Below, in pieces: positions 1 to 13,505 of a stretch of DNA of 64,000 nt. The position numbers and the translations under genes were made by a program. The stretch comes from Lingula anatina. Its lineage: Eukaryota; Animalia; Brachiopoda. Within the stretch, counting starts at the first letter, position 1. Every line of letters starts with the position of its first letter. The DNA lies in assembly GCA_051362555.1 (NCBI GenBank), contig CM120645.1:8122001-8186000 (forward strand). Reading direction: 5' to 3'. Under the pieces are notes generated by a model. That model was not told where the DNA came from, ran no database searches, and saw only the letters and a list, made by a program, of their open reading frames with translations.

Positions 1-1287
1 TCAGCTCTTATTTCTGTGATCTGAGGTGGATTTTATATAATATAATCTGGCAACGGTTGGTCTCCACATGTTTACGTAGGTCAACACCTGTATCCAACAC
101 GAAGACATCAAAATTGTAATGACTGGTAATATCGTGTTACTCTGAATTAAAAATTCATCGAGCGTCATACTTTCGTGTCATACTTAACGCACTTCATAAC
201 TATATTAGATGTGCGCTCTTAATGTATAAATCGATGTTATTGGAGGAGAACTTAAAATTTTTTCTGGTCTGTCAAATTTGTTCTCAAAACTTTACATGGA
301 GACGTAATAAGGTGGCATAAGGCAGCTCACACTAACTCCAATGTGGTTGAGCTTGGCTTGGCACTCTATTGAAGAGCACATTCACCAGTGAAAAGGACAA
401 ACATTCAAAAAGGTGTGGAGTAGGTATATTTTTAAAGAGTTCTACAAATATATTGTTCATTATACAATATACATACGCAGGTAATATTCATGGAATATAT
501 GGATAGCAAATGATTATTTCATACTTCACGAGTATCGTACGACCTTATTGTATCGTGCCATATGTATGAATATTCATATATATATATATATATGTATATG
601 TTACTACAGTCACAATATCGTGGCTTCAGGAGAGAGTCAAGTTATATATTAAAGGCTGTCTGGAACGTGGTAGCCTGGGTTTTGAAGAAGAGACGCGAGA
701 CAGCGGCTTCATTTTCACTACTTTATAGAAGCTTGTTTAGGAAGTGCCACAGGTAATGTAATTTGGAAACGAAGAAGCTGACACGTATCTGATCTGGTGC
801 TCAGGGCAGAACGAATGAAATCCTTCCGATTGTGTTGGAAGGCATGCAGGATTGAGCATATTCGACACACGAAATCTCCATTCATGCATATATGTTTGCT
901 AATCTAAGCATCGCGCTTGACATTATCAAATAAAAGCACAAAACAAAAGCTGGAGTTTAGACAGCTGCTAATGGCCCATTGGGTTAAAGAACCGACTCTG
1001 AAGGTCATATTGCCATAACAATGCTGTCTCCAGAACGTCGCAACGGATATCCGGCCACCGCCCCCTTAAACTGGGACCCGAAGATGCATATACGTTCCCT
1101 AAGAAGTAATTGGTTTAATTTCAATTAATAAGTTACATAAAAGCATATTCGGGCCTTAGTATTTAACCTCCTCTTCATCGAAATGTGCCGACCATTTTAT
1201 TCAACAAAGAGTTCTATAGAAATAATATAATACAAATATCCGTTTTCAGATATCAAAGCTTCCTGATCTACCAACCCACCAACACCA

Positions 1288-2835
1288 ATGGTATCTATGT
1301 TGCGATTCTACAAAGTACAGTTAAGGAACATCTTGCGATGCCAGAACACTTGTCTGCTGCTAGGGTGGTGTGTTGTTGTGATATTGGGGCTGGTAATAGG
1401 ACCATTTATAATTGGAAACAGCGAGACAAAACTCGAAGAAAGGACCCTTTTTGAAACTGGACGTGGAGTTGAACCGGCAGATCAGACAGACTTGTGCGCA
1501 AATGGAAAATGTTCGGGTGATATGTTGGACAATGAAACTGTGTTGAAAATGTTAAATGCTGCAAGGCAGCCATTAGAGACACGCTTGGGTTATCCAACTC
1601 AACCGATCCAAACAAATAACTTGCCTGCAGGACCGGTTAAAGCAATCCCAGCTGAACCGGTGAAGTTGCAGCTCCCAAAAGATAATTATGAGCATCTTAT
1701 TGAACCCATGAAGAGAGTATTTTGTTCAACTTTGTACCAAAACTCGGGAATTCGGACTAACGAAGCTGCAGTACCGGATCGTCCAAACGGCGAGAAACTT
1801 GTCCTAGTGTGGAACTTTAAATGTTGGCACAATATGAACGACCTAGACGTACCAGTGACATTCACACAGTGCCCCGTTAAAAACTGCATAGTGACGGAAG
1901 ACAAACGGCTGTCAGGTGCCAGTGACGCCATCATTTTCAATTCTGCCGCCATCATCCGTTTCCTTAGCAACAACAAAAAGTCTGCCCAATACCTTCAAAG
2001 CACCCTGCCAAGTCTGACGCAGAGACCCCCGGGACAGAGATGGGTTTTTCACAATCGTGAGTCCCCATGCCAAACGTATTTCCCCTCCACAGAATACGGC
2101 AAACAATTCCTGGGGTCTTTCAACTGGACCATGACGTACCGCGTGGACTCAGATATTTACAACCCTTACGGTTTGATTATCAAAGCGACGGAGGATGCCG
2201 CCAGGCGGGATTACATTGCCATAGCAAAATCGAAACCGAAACAAGTGGCTTGGGTCGTAAGTCACTGCAACACGGCAAGCAAACGTGAACACTACGTTAC
2301 AGAGTTATCCAAATATATCAGCGTTGACATCTACGGCGCATGCGGTGAGCCTTGTCCGCCAAAAGATTCTCCTAGTAGGTCATGCTTCGAATTTATCAAT
2401 GCCACATATAAATTTTATTTGGCCTTTGAGAACAGTTTTTCTACCGATTACGTCACCGAAAAATTTTACCAGAATGCAGGGTATGACTTAGTGATTATTA
2501 ACAGAGGTGCAGCAAATTACACCCGTCTTGGTATCAAACCCGAGTGGCACATTAACACTGCGGATTTCCCCTCTCCAAAGGCTTTAGCTGATTATCTGTT
2601 GATGTTGGACAGCGATGTGGAAAAATACGCATCCTACCTGAGTTGGAAAGCTTACCAAACGTCTGTCGTTACACTACAACCGATCAACTGGTGCGACATG
2701 TGCCGGAAACTGAACGATCCGACCGAACCAGTGAGGTCGTATTCCTTTACGGAAATTGCCGAGTGGTTCTACGGTTCTTCAGAAAAGATTGTAGACTGCA
2801 AAGATGCCAGCATGAATGATTTCATGAGCACATAA
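1288..2835 (+). CDS. Alpha-1,3-fucosyltransferase (glycosyltransferase family 10), type II Golgi membrane protein, single coding exon, 515 aa
   Basis: N-terminal TM segment (LLLGWCVVVILGLVIGPFII), long stem, then GT10 motifs WVFHNRESP, FNWTMTYRVDSDI, VAWVVSHC..R..Y..EL..YISVDIYGACG and YKFYLAFENSFSTDYVTEKF, plus C-terminal WCDMC. Acceptor TTTTCAG at ~1243-1249 and donor CAG|GTAATG at ~753 suggest a 5'UTR intron. Confidence 0.95.
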   Translation: MVSMLRFYKVQLRNILRCQNTCLLLGWCVVVILGLVIGPFIIGNSETKLEERTLFETGRGVEPADQTDLCANGKCSGDMLDNETVLKMLNAARQPLETRLGYPTQPIQTNNLPAGPVKAIPAEPVKLQLPKDNYEHLIEPMKRVFCSTLYQNSGIRTNEAAVPDRPNGEKLVLVWNFKCWHNMNDLDVPVTFTQCPVKNCIVTEDKRLSGASDAIIFNSAAIIRFLSNNKKSAQYLQSTLPSLTQRPPGQRWVFHNRESPCQTYFPSTEYGKQFLGSFNWTMTYRVDSDIYNPYGLIIKATEDAARRDYIAIAKSKPKQVAWVVSHCNTASKREHYVTELSKYISVDIYGACGEPCPPKDSPSRSCFEFINATYKFYLAFENSFSTDYVTEKFYQNAGYDLVIINRGAANYTRLGIKPEWHINTADFPSPKALADYLLMLDSDVEKYASYLSWKAYQTSVVTLQPINWCDMCRKLNDPTEPVRSYSFTEIAEWFYGSSEKIVDCKDASMNDFMST

Positions 2836-4071
2836 TGTCTCATCTCACATATTTTTAAGTTACGTCAAATATATAAGATACCCATTTTCTTTTAAATACT
2901 CTGTAGGAATAGGCCTACTGAAGAAGGACAAAACACCAATCACCAATCTTTTCTCCTTTTTTGGAAGGTAGGGAAGACAGAATTTATTTTTGAACAAGTC
3001 CCACCCCCTTGGATATGCCACTGATCTTTGAACAGGATTGTTTGCGATTTGCGGATCATATTAAACTGAGGGTTTGATGGCATATTTTGAACTGCCATAA
3101 GAACTATCTCCTAGACATGAAGTTTATTTTCTGAGACATGCCGTTTTGGCGAGGAAAGGAATTGTGGAAAGCCAAGCCTCTGTTTATTTATTTATTTATT
3201 TATTAGTAATATCTAAGCTTATAGACATATAATTTAATAAATAACAAAAATGCTTGTTCCGTCCTCTTCTATATGTATATCTCGCATATCAGTGTCTTAC
3301 GTGGGCCCCTATGTAAATCACTGTAATGGTGATAAGCTATAATTACTTGGTAATGCTTTTGTCAAAGGCAATTTACACGTATTGATGTTTAATTATGAAA
3401 CGGCTGTGTCGTACACATATGAAATCTAATGTGAAACTTTCTAAATATGGATCAAATTATTAATAAGGTAAATGGATACCATATTATTACAACTCTGAAT
3501 TTCAAGCCACTAGATAAGCTGAAAGCACATATAGTCGATAATGGCCGATATTGGCGCAGGGCTTCAAAAATTTTACCTTCATCCCTCCCCCCTCCCAACG
3601 TTTTACATTCAGCAATCTTGTCTTTGCATTTGTATTTTTTCAGAATTCGTTTTTCTATCATTATAATAACTATCACAACTTTTATCCATTTTATTTATTA
3701 AATTGGAATTCTAGGATTGCAAAGAAGAGGGTATGTAGGGCCTACTATTGTTTTGGAAGGCACGTTCCTTGGCTGTGCTTGTCAGTCAGACGAATTTGAG
3801 ATGTCAAGTGGCATTTTAGTTATATTTTCTCTCAAACGAGGGCGCCACTATCTGTCTGTACCTGTGCCTCGCTATCAGACTCGGTACGTGCGTCCTGATG
3901 ATGAGCATTTTGTCAAATATTAAATCTCATTTGTGAAGTGGTATATTGAGGATAATTTGATTGGATACATTAAGTTAATCATTTACTTGATCACAATACT
4001 ACAAACAATAAGTAATTTATGTATATGACAGAATCACCCTTATAGCAATATGAAAATGCATGTTGCCAGTG

Positions 4072-4133
4072 TTTTATAAAATGAAAAACTCCTTTTATAA
4101 AATGAAAAACTCCTTTTATAAAATGAAAAACTC
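4072..4133. repeat. 21-bp tandem repeat x3 (TTTTATAAAATGAAAAACTCC)
   Basis: Three direct copies visible in the sequence. Confidence 0.9.
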
Positions 4134-4795
4134 TAATCAGTTTGATTAGATCTAAGACAAGAGCAACATACCCTTTTGAGTGAATTAGATATATAAATAT
4201 ATATATTTATCTAAGGAGTTTGTAAATTTCAGATTCTGGGCACATGATTGATTTTGTCCTTCGTTTTGATTCGGATACAAATGTAGCACGATTCTTCGAT
4301 AACACATGCTTACGAGCGCGATTTCATTTGTGTCCAGCCCTGTAAAGAATAAAAAAGGCTGAATCCTAGTTGCGGGTGATTTCTCCCAGAAAGAGAGGAA
4401 GGGGTCGGGTTGAAGAGTTTTCGTTCTTGAAGCCCAGTGACCGTTTTGCGTACACTGGGCATTATAAGTACCACATCATATTCTACTGGACATATTAAGT
4501 ACCATATCGTACTGGAAATTACTAGAGCCATCTCGGACTGGACATTATGAGTACTCAGAATGATATCATAGGTGTACTTGGCATTATAAATACCATATTG
4601 TATAGGTTATCTCTAGGTGCATGGCCCACTTTGCCAGGGACATGCAATGATAATGGTATGACAATAAACAGATTATCATTACTTGGCACTGGTACTGTTG
4701 CATGCACGTGAGACGGTTAATGATAATATCCACAATGTCGTAATTCTAGTGTAATGGCTGGTCCAGTAAGAAGGCCATGGGCTACCCCCCCCCTT

Positions 4796-4846
4796 ACACA
4801 CACACACACGTATACACACACTCACACACACACTCACACACACACG
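4796..4846. repeat. Interrupted (CA)n microsatellite
   Basis: Seen directly. Confidence 0.9.
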
Positions 4847-5399
4847 CTTTGGCTGTTCCCCTACTTCCTCCCCGTCAAACACTTTAAAAATTAAACGAAA
4901 CGAAAACAATCAATTTTCTATCCTTATGCAATACAAATAACAGTAAAATTGCCTTCTTCTTCTATTTTATATTGATTTGTTTGCTCCCTTAGCAAAAAAC
5001 TAGTTTAAAATATTATGGAGATGTTAAAACTCAGTATCATGCTTTTTAATAGGAATCTGGGACCCACTAAACTACATGTATGTCCTTGACCCTTCTAGAT
5101 GTAAACCTTTTTTGTAATCTAATTACAGTACTTAGAATGAAGAATTCTGCCCAAAACTTGATTAATTTGCAGACAAATTCAACATTGTGGTAATGTAAAC
5201 GATGCTGCATATTTCTATGAAGTGGAAAGAGGAAAGGATAATTTCTTCGCCCCCCCCCCCTCCAACCCCTACCCTTACTGTCCAATTTGGACCTGGTACC
5301 GATTTTACAAGAGAATGATTGCTTAAACCATCATCTAGCTGCTTTCTATTATCATTTGACACCTCAAAACATTGTAAAAACAAACTGATGGGCGTATGA

Positions 5400-5462
5400 T
5401 GTGTGTGTGCGTGTGTGTGTGTGTGCGTGTGCGAGAGAGTGAGAGAGAGTGAGAGAGAGAGA
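5400..5462. repeat. Compound (GT)n(GA)n microsatellite
   Basis: Seen directly. Confidence 0.9.
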
Positions 5463-6711
5463 CTACACTGGTAACTCATATCACTTATTATTAATCATGC
5501 AAAATGTCAAGAAGAAATAACTTGAATAAAAAGTTCATACGATCCAAATTATATGAAAAAAAGTCTATACCCATCTATTCATCTCCACAAACATTACATA
5601 ATAATAAAGTCTTTAAAGTATTTGTTCTTCATTGTATAATCATTTGTTTCGCTGTACAAACTTTAGGTCAAAGCAATTAATAAAAATTACATGCTAATAC
5701 AAAATGAATGAACAGAATAAATATATTAAATTAAAGTGAGGGATCACTTTTAATCTAAATTACTAATGCGACCTGCACATGATTACTTTTAAGTACTCCA
5801 TGAAACTAGCACGTGTATGTAAAATGATATATCACTTGGCAACCTTTGCCTCTACTATACCGAATTACATTGTTTTGATAAGAGTAAGTGACTCAAATAG
5901 TGAGTTATCAATAGCTTTGTTCGTGTTTGGCTTTTAACCTACTAAAATATCGTAAATTTGATCACATATCTTTTAATTTTGATCTCCTCAAAATTTCCAT
6001 TTTGAGTATTGGCTGTCCTTTAACTGCTAAAACATAGGTTTTAAAATATTAATTTCTAAATAAAATTACTAGACCATGTAAAAATAACAATCACGTTGTG
6101 CACCATTATGACAACACACAGATCAGAAAATTTAACTTGACACAATTACCTTGACAATACCAATTACATACATATTGCACCATGCCCATCTTTTTTTTTC
6201 TTATAACTTAACAGTTTTGTATTCTAAATGAATTTCACACGTAAGGGACTAAGCATTATTGAAATTAAGGATTCATTTTAGCGTCACCAGACTCACCACC
6301 CTTACTATCAGATTAGACTATTTCATCACTTATTCAAGGCTGTGCCAGAAATTTTGACATATTTTCTTAGCACTTGGAGATGAGTATTGCTAGCGAAGAA
6401 ACAAATGAGAAGGAAAAGGCAAGAAGCCCGTTATTTTTCAATAGAGTTCCGATCTGATGAGCTATTATTAACGGTAACTTCAAACTTGATACGGTAATTA
6501 ACCACATGTTTCAAATACCTCACTAATTCTGAAATTTTATATTCTCAAACAAAAATGGCATTGATCGTAAAAAGTCTTGAAACCAAATTGCTTTTGTAAC
6601 TTCTGAACAACATATTTTGTTATATTACAAACAAAACATTGCTTTTCAGTCATTAATTACCGCAATTGATGTATTTGCCTGCTTTGTTTCTCAATCCAAA
6701 TGCTATTAAGA

Positions 6712-7545
6712 TTAATCCGTTTTGAGGGAACCGTTGGTTTCCTTCGTTGTCTCTGTGTCCTCAAAATTCCAGTCTCTGTGGTTCACCAACTGAACCGTCT
6801 TCTTATAAGTCCAGTAAGGAGTCATGATGAAGAAGATCAAAGTTAATTGCACGTAAAGGGCTGTGAAAATCGGCGTGGGCATCGCTTGCCAAATCCGTTC
6901 CCAGTTCCGGTACGACTGAAGCCACAGGTAGCACTCCAGCAGGGAGCGACAGTGGAAGGTATGGACAAGAACAAACTGGTTCACCTTCCACAGGAGGGTA
7001 TCAGACAGTCCACACTTGAGCAGCGTCCAACAGAGAGCGGAAAAGGGGGTCGACATTTCGAGGAGGAGGCCCACGGTGCCGAAGAAATGGGAGCTGCGGT
7101 ACACCATCACGAGGACGTATCCTAGCAACGCCAGCCAGTGGTGCAAGTTTAACAGCGGGTTTGCTTGCCGGAAGATGACGTCACTGACAAACATGGCCGA
7201 GCATTCGAAGAGAAAAAAACCAACGCAGAGACAGAGAGAAAACCACGAAGTAGGGGTGGTGGCGAAGACGACGTCTTCTTTGAGGTCGGTGTCCCACCAA
7301 ACTGCCCAGACGCCGGCACACGTGGAATACACGCCAAATACGGCTCGTACCACGGATAAGTTCCAAAATACCTTTTCTTTAATGCGCAAGTTGCGGTAGG
7401 TCCAGGTCATAGATGCGATGAAAGCTGAAGCGAGGTAGACCACGAAAAAGAACAGGAAAGAGGAGCCGATAATTTCCAGTTGTACCCTTGTGGAAGTGTA
7501 ATCCAAAGTCTCTAAAGTGGGGTGAATATATTCCACCAACCCCAT
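6712..7545 (-). CDS. CLN8: CLN8-like TLC-domain membrane protein, paralog A, 277 aa, intronless CDS
   Basis: Colinear with CLN8 motifs: LDY, TYRNL..KEKVFWNL...RAVFGV, GFFLFE, LHH, LLLEMSTPF, WKVNQ..LVH.FHCR, PYWTYKKT.QL....DWNF. Acceptor TTTCAG lies ~12 nt upstream of the ATG; candidate 5'UTR-exon donor CAG|GTAAGT at ~9845 (- strand). Confidence 0.92.
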   Translation of the reverse strand: MGLVEYIHPTLETLDYTSTRVQLEIIGSSFLFFFVVYLASAFIASMTWTYRNLRIKEKVFWNLSVVRAVFGVYSTCAGVWAVWWDTDLKEDVVFATTPTSWFSLCLCVGFFLFECSAMFVSDVIFRQANPLLNLHHWLALLGYVLVMVYRSSHFFGTVGLLLEMSTPFSALCWTLLKCGLSDTLLWKVNQFVLVHTFHCRSLLECYLWLQSYRNWERIWQAMPTPIFTALYVQLTLIFFIMTPYWTYKKTVQLVNHRDWNFEDTETTKETNGSLKTD

Positions 7546-10340
7546 GATGGACGGATCTGAAATATTGATCGCATATTAATCTTTGAAAATAATTGTTATA
7601 TCAAAAATGGACTGCTATTGGTAAATTTTGTTTTAAATCAAGCTCTCAAAAGAATTCACTGTACATGTGTTGTTAAGTTAATGGCTTACACTTTCACAAA
7701 ATAAAGAGGAAAATGAGGTTTAGTTAAAGAAGTAGTCTATACGCTTTTAACCAACAGCATTGGTTTTCAAAAGAATGGTTCTATGGATTCTCATTACCAT
7801 TAGCGTTGTGTCAGCTTCAGCACACTCAACGATGTTGTGTTTAGACCATTTTTTCTGATAAATTGAGTTATAATGTAGGACTCTACTTTCAATGATTTTT
7901 GCAACCTTACCTACAAATGACGTAATTCAAGTAAGACGGGTGGCATAGTAGAAGTAATTTAAGTCTTAAAGAGATCCATGTTGTCAAGGCAGATGCTATT
8001 CTAACAGATGGAATGTTTTCTACAGTTTATTCATTGCCAGTGAGTTCCATTCGGGTTATCGGGTATTTTATTTGTGATGATAATTGATATATACTGTATA
8101 CATATATTATTTATACTACAATCAACAAAGAGAACTAAAATTTCGGATAAATATAAGTTGATATTTTGTGGAATGTTTGACTCTCTAGACGTGCAGATGG
8201 ACTTCTTAAATATGATTGGTTCTGCTCATTATCTGATGATATCAGAAGATTGTAGTATACATGATGCGTCAAATACCATTTTGTATGGGTAAATGTATTA
8301 TTCAAGCTGTATGTTATGCATATACGGCGTCATTGAACTGAATTGCTTATTTTTTAGTAATTGTCTCATTACTGACGCACTTAGCTGTTACTGTTAAGTA
8401 TTATGAGTTATTAAAGCAAGATGGTTGAGACATGACGTACATGTATACTCGATTTTTGTCGACTTAAGTTCGAAATGATAAGGTATGGAAGTAGTTACGG
8501 CGCAATGTCATATTTATACAAATAGATTTAGCATTGATGCATGGAGCATAAATTTATGCAATTTATCTCTTAGGACATTGAGATGACTGATAATTTTTAA
8601 TTTCCCTATGAGTCAACAAGTGTAGAAATTGTTTTTATGTTAGAAAAAGATGTTACATGTCAATGTCATATAGTTTTATTTGATCGGTTAATTTCACAAT
8701 AAAAAAAATTGTAAGTTTCTACCTCGTGCATAACACATGTTACTTAAAAATTTCCCAATTGGGAAATATTGATAAGTGGAATGATACATCAGAATGGGAA
8801 ATTCTGGTAAACACGCACGAAGACAAGGTATCGAAAACAAAGAATACGTGATCGGAACAGAAAAATAGAGTAAAGGTTCTTTTGAATTTGTATGAAAGGC
8901 CAGTCGGTAATGGCACTTTGAAGTAATAATTATATAAAGGCATTCCATCCGGGATTTTCCCACTAAATCGAATTTTCCATAAAACTGATTTTATCTTACT
9001 CACGAATCTTTGTTTTATCTGTCTATGCTATTGTTTTTTTAGATCTAAATTAGGGAAGATACAGTAAGTACTGTAGTTTTTCAGGATATCTATTTTAATA
9101 AACATTAAAATATTAAAATATACATAGAATATATGACCCTTTGACAGTTTCAAACGCGGGTAGTAGACCTATACCTTTAAAATCATAACCCACTGCGTCT
9201 CATTTGTCCAAGAGCGCAGACTATGTAGATTAGATGTAGATATATTCCGTCAGCGTTCCATGTACTATAAACTGTGGTGGTGAGTGAATTGAAGGAAGAG
9301 CCCTGATACTAGGGAAATTTATAAGAGGCGTTTTGAAACTTGTGTTTTGGTCCACGACTGTTGCATTTTGACTCTATTCGAATGATACCATGCTAAAATT
9401 AATACGGTCTTGACTGTCCGCACGGATCGGGGATTATCTCTCTCATACTTTAATTTCCACTGGCCCATGCATTAGAATTTTAAATAAAATATAATTTATT
9501 CACAGACGGACATACTAGGGATATGTGAGCACGTCATGCTTTTATGCTACAGGTACATGTACGCTGGTTAAGGGATTCCTTACCAATTCTCCACGTATAG
9601 ACTCGGGGTTCTCTCTCTCTCTTTCTCTCAAATATCATCAACGCCGATTTAAATAGCACATATGGTAAAATACAGTTGGAATAAACAAGAATTGACGATC
9701 GAAAAATAATAAGACTTGCAGGATGTGCAAGGCTGCGAAACCCGTATGGTCTGCACAAGATAATGATGTTTTGCAGGATATTGTCTATGTGCACGTAAAT
9801 CCCGTTAAATAAAGTTACAACGATACAAATTAATTTGAACTTACCTGTGTGGTACCACTTATTAAACTTGTCGAGTTTCTGGACAGGACAAGACACGTAA
9901 TCTGTCGCTACTCGTATTAACGTGACAGTGTTATACTGGGGGCACCTTAATTAAGTCTCTGTACAGGGTATAAGTACGTCGTATAGTGTCACGAGGACAA
10001 TATATGGCAGTTGCAATAATGTGTTTGTTGTACTAGAACTTACGAGTCCGTTTATCTTTCGTATAGTGGGTCGAACCTTCAATTTTAAGGAGTTTTAGAC
10101 TGTTTTGTGCCTGCGTGGCTGTGAATACGTTTAAGATCTGTGTGGTTTTAATTAAATCTGTTCCCATAAGTTCCGATAATCATTCATATTGGTAAAGAAA
10201 CATTCTTTTTCGTCGCACTTAGCCTAAGTTCTAATGTTTAACCAAAGTCTATAAGACTGTGTTTATTAGTTGTTATCCTTCGACAAAGGTCGCCGAGACC
10301 TCTTTACACCCTTCCAATGACCTAGTTTATCAGGAGAGCT

Positions 10341-11988
10341 TAATAACGGGTACCGGAGAAGATCAGCATTGGTCAGAATTGTGCCGGAAGTGACGTGCAG
10401 TGGTGTTAGAAGCGAAGCTGAGTGGTCATTTTAACATAGAGGTGAACGGCAGTGAAGACGGGTTGTCGGAGGAAAAAGAAGTTTTCTAAACAACATGGTA
10501 AGATAACTCTCCTTTTTTACGCATTTTGGGCAGAGAATACTTGTAGAAATAATAGACGCATGATATGAAAACGTGACACGGAACTTGAAGGTGCAAAATC
10601 GTGCTTAATTTGCGGTCAACTTGTTTAGAAATAAATGCTGCGTCGACCGCCAGCGCGACAAAAAGCGTAAAGGGGAAATAATTCCCGGGAGTCTTTAAAT
10701 CGTTGTCATGTGGAAATTTGGCATTAATATAATCCGATATGTCCATATCTAAGTATTTTTGGGTGTTTTATGGTATGGCCTCCAATTACAACGATGTTTT
10801 AGAGGTCTTGAAGGACCTTGTGAAAACCAGGAAGTAGTTCGTAACTAACAAGTGGAATGTACCGATCTCCGACTGCTGTGCACAGCTGTATCTTTTTTTT
10901 CAATATATTGACGAATTTTTAGATCTTTATATGTCCATCTTGCATGAAATTCCACACACATGATCACACTGATACACCTTTTACACTGGGGAAGGCGCTA
11001 ATCAGTGACAAATGCCAAGACAAAGGTGACATTCTGACAGCCTCTTATCTGAGTTAAAAATCACTGACAAAAGAGACTGGCAATCACTTTCCTCAGGCTG
11101 GCAATCATTAGCCTATAGAAATTGGTCATGTTACATCTTATCTACCTGTGAGAATCGTTTTACCAACTGAGTATTGCATAATAATGTCAATTATTAGTAC
11201 TTTGAGCTAGTCTTAATTACCTGTCAGCTCACCTGAATTCTCTTTCCGTCTTTTTGGGAAGATCTTGTCAGTGAAATGTTTTATTTGTCCTGTGAATGCA
11301 TTGCACTTTATTGTATATTTGTACCGATGAGCGCCTTCCCCAGTGTAAAAGGTGTATCAGTGTGATCATGTGTGTGGAATTTCATGCCAGATGGACATAT
11401 AAAGATCTAAAAATTCGTCAATATATTGAAAAAAAAGATACAGCTGTGCACAGCAGTCGGAGATCGGTACATTCCACTTGTTAGTTACGAACTACTTCCT
11501 GGTTTTCACAAGGTCCTTCAAGACCTCTAAAACATCGTTGTAATTGCAGCCCATACCATAAAACACCCAAAAATACTTAGATATGGACATATCGGATCAT
11601 ATTAATGCCAAATTTCCACATGACAACGATTTATAGACTCCCGGGAATTATTTCCCCTTTACGCTTTTTGTCGCGCTGGCGGTCGACGCAGCATTTATTT
11701 CTAAACAAGTTGACCGCAAATTAAGCACGATTTTGCACCTTCAAGTTCCGTGTCACGTTTTCATATCATGCGTCTATTATTTCTACAAGCATTCTCTGCC
11801 CAAAATGCGTAAAAAAGGAGAGTTATCTTACCATGTTGTTTAGAAAACTTCTTTTTCCTCCGACAACCCGTCTTCACTGCCGTTCACCTCTATGTTAAAA
11901 TGACCACTCAGCTTCGCTTCTAACACCACTGCACGTCACTTCCGGCACAATTCTGACCAATGCTGATCTTCTCCGGTACCCGTTATTA
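10341..11988. mobile_element. Foldback / large-TIR non-autonomous DNA element: ~659-bp inverted arms (10341-10999 and 11330-11988) around a ~330-bp spacer
   Basis: Left arm starts TAATAACGGGTACCGGAGAAG and right arm ends CTTCTCCGGTACCCGTTATTA. Only about 6 mismatches found by eye across the arms. No transposase ORF. Confidence 0.88.
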
Positions 11989-13436
11989 CATTAGATAACA
12001 CAGCATTAAGTGACCTAATTTAGTAAGAGATAGATGCAATACGGGTCGCCGAGATGTAATGAAATATTACCATATCATTAGATTACGGGTTACAGAGTCT
12101 CTCCGGAAGTCTTTCACGATATTTCATTTGTAAAAGTGGCAAAATTATAATGGTGGACGCTTTGCCACCCTATGTGCACAAACGTGTGGGGTGGTGGATT
12201 ATAAAACAAAATAGTTTTTGCTCAGCTATTAAAGTGTTGTTGTTTTTTTTTTATAAAATACAAAGACATATGTTTTACATTAAAAGAAACACTTTTATGA
12301 ACTTCTTGTGCTGATCATCTTTTACCAATTGATAAGTTTTAATATTACTATATTTTTTCTTCTTTTCGCGATGCCGTGTTGCCATTTTCTTTTGTTTATT
12401 TAAAATGTATTTTATCATGTTGTCTCACGTCTCATGTGTTAACTTTTGTCTCATTTCCATCTGTATATCTTGTTTTCCTATGCACTTTTATTTTGACTTT
12501 TTCTATTCCACTTGGGTTTTTTCTCATTTCAGCTCCATTTTTCTGTTAGAGCAGTTGATTTTGAAACAGTTTTTTTTTTTTTTTTTTTTTTTACTTCTGG
12601 ACGCGATTGATCAGCGGCGCCTTTCTAACAGCGAATGCGGTTGTTGAGAAAACACGTTCGCAATGTGAAGTGGCTCTGTCACGTTTTCTCCCCTTAGCAA
12701 ATAGTTCTGAGGATAACTTCGACTTCTTTTTGGATCATGTTTATACATGGGTACACATTTTGCGTTTTATCTCTCCACATAGTTATTTTGGTTTAACAAT
12801 CGTCATCTTCCAAATAAGCAACTTATTAAAGCATACTTGAAGGGCAGTAATACATGAACAGGAGAAGACATTGGGGGGAAATCACAGTCAAGTAAAGGGG
12901 TACTTTTTGACAATGCATACACCCCTTTGCGATCTTGATAAAAAGAGGTGATGTAAAATTTAATGATTTGCTTAGCACGTATTGTACTTCTCATTTCCAA
13001 ACGAGAATTTCTTTTCATAAAGAAGATATTCGCAATTTTCCCTTTATAACTAACAAAGGGGCGCCAACCGTTTCCCAGAGGCATACGTAATGTGAGGTAG
13101 ACCTTTATAAGGCAAAAATAAATAAATAAATAAATACATAAACACAAGGTAACCAAGGGAAAACCGTATCCAAATACACTGACAAAAAAAAAAGATATTT
13201 AAACTTGTACTTCATGTCAATGTTTCAAAATTTTTGTTTCAGTTCGTGATTTTCTCAGCCGTTATAGACAGGTAGGGGCCTATACTTGGTGACTAAGGGC
13301 ATATTGTTAAAATTTGCAGGAAAAATTGTTTTTGTTACTTTAGGTCTGTAACAATAAAATTCAACGCTATCCTTCTTCTGTAGAGAACCTGCGGCCATGC
13401 CACTACTCTTTACGATGACAACTAGGTCACAGCCGT

Positions 13437-13505
13437 TTATTTTATTTTATTTTATTTTATTTTATTTTATTTTTATTTTTATTTATTTGTTATTATTATT
13501 ATTAT
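13437..13505. repeat. (TTTTA)n / (TTA)n microsatellite
   Basis: Seen directly. Confidence 0.85.

Noticed and set aside
10486-10746. 86-aa ORF in the foldback arm as a transposase
   Set aside because: Short, with no DDE or DNA-binding motif recognisable.
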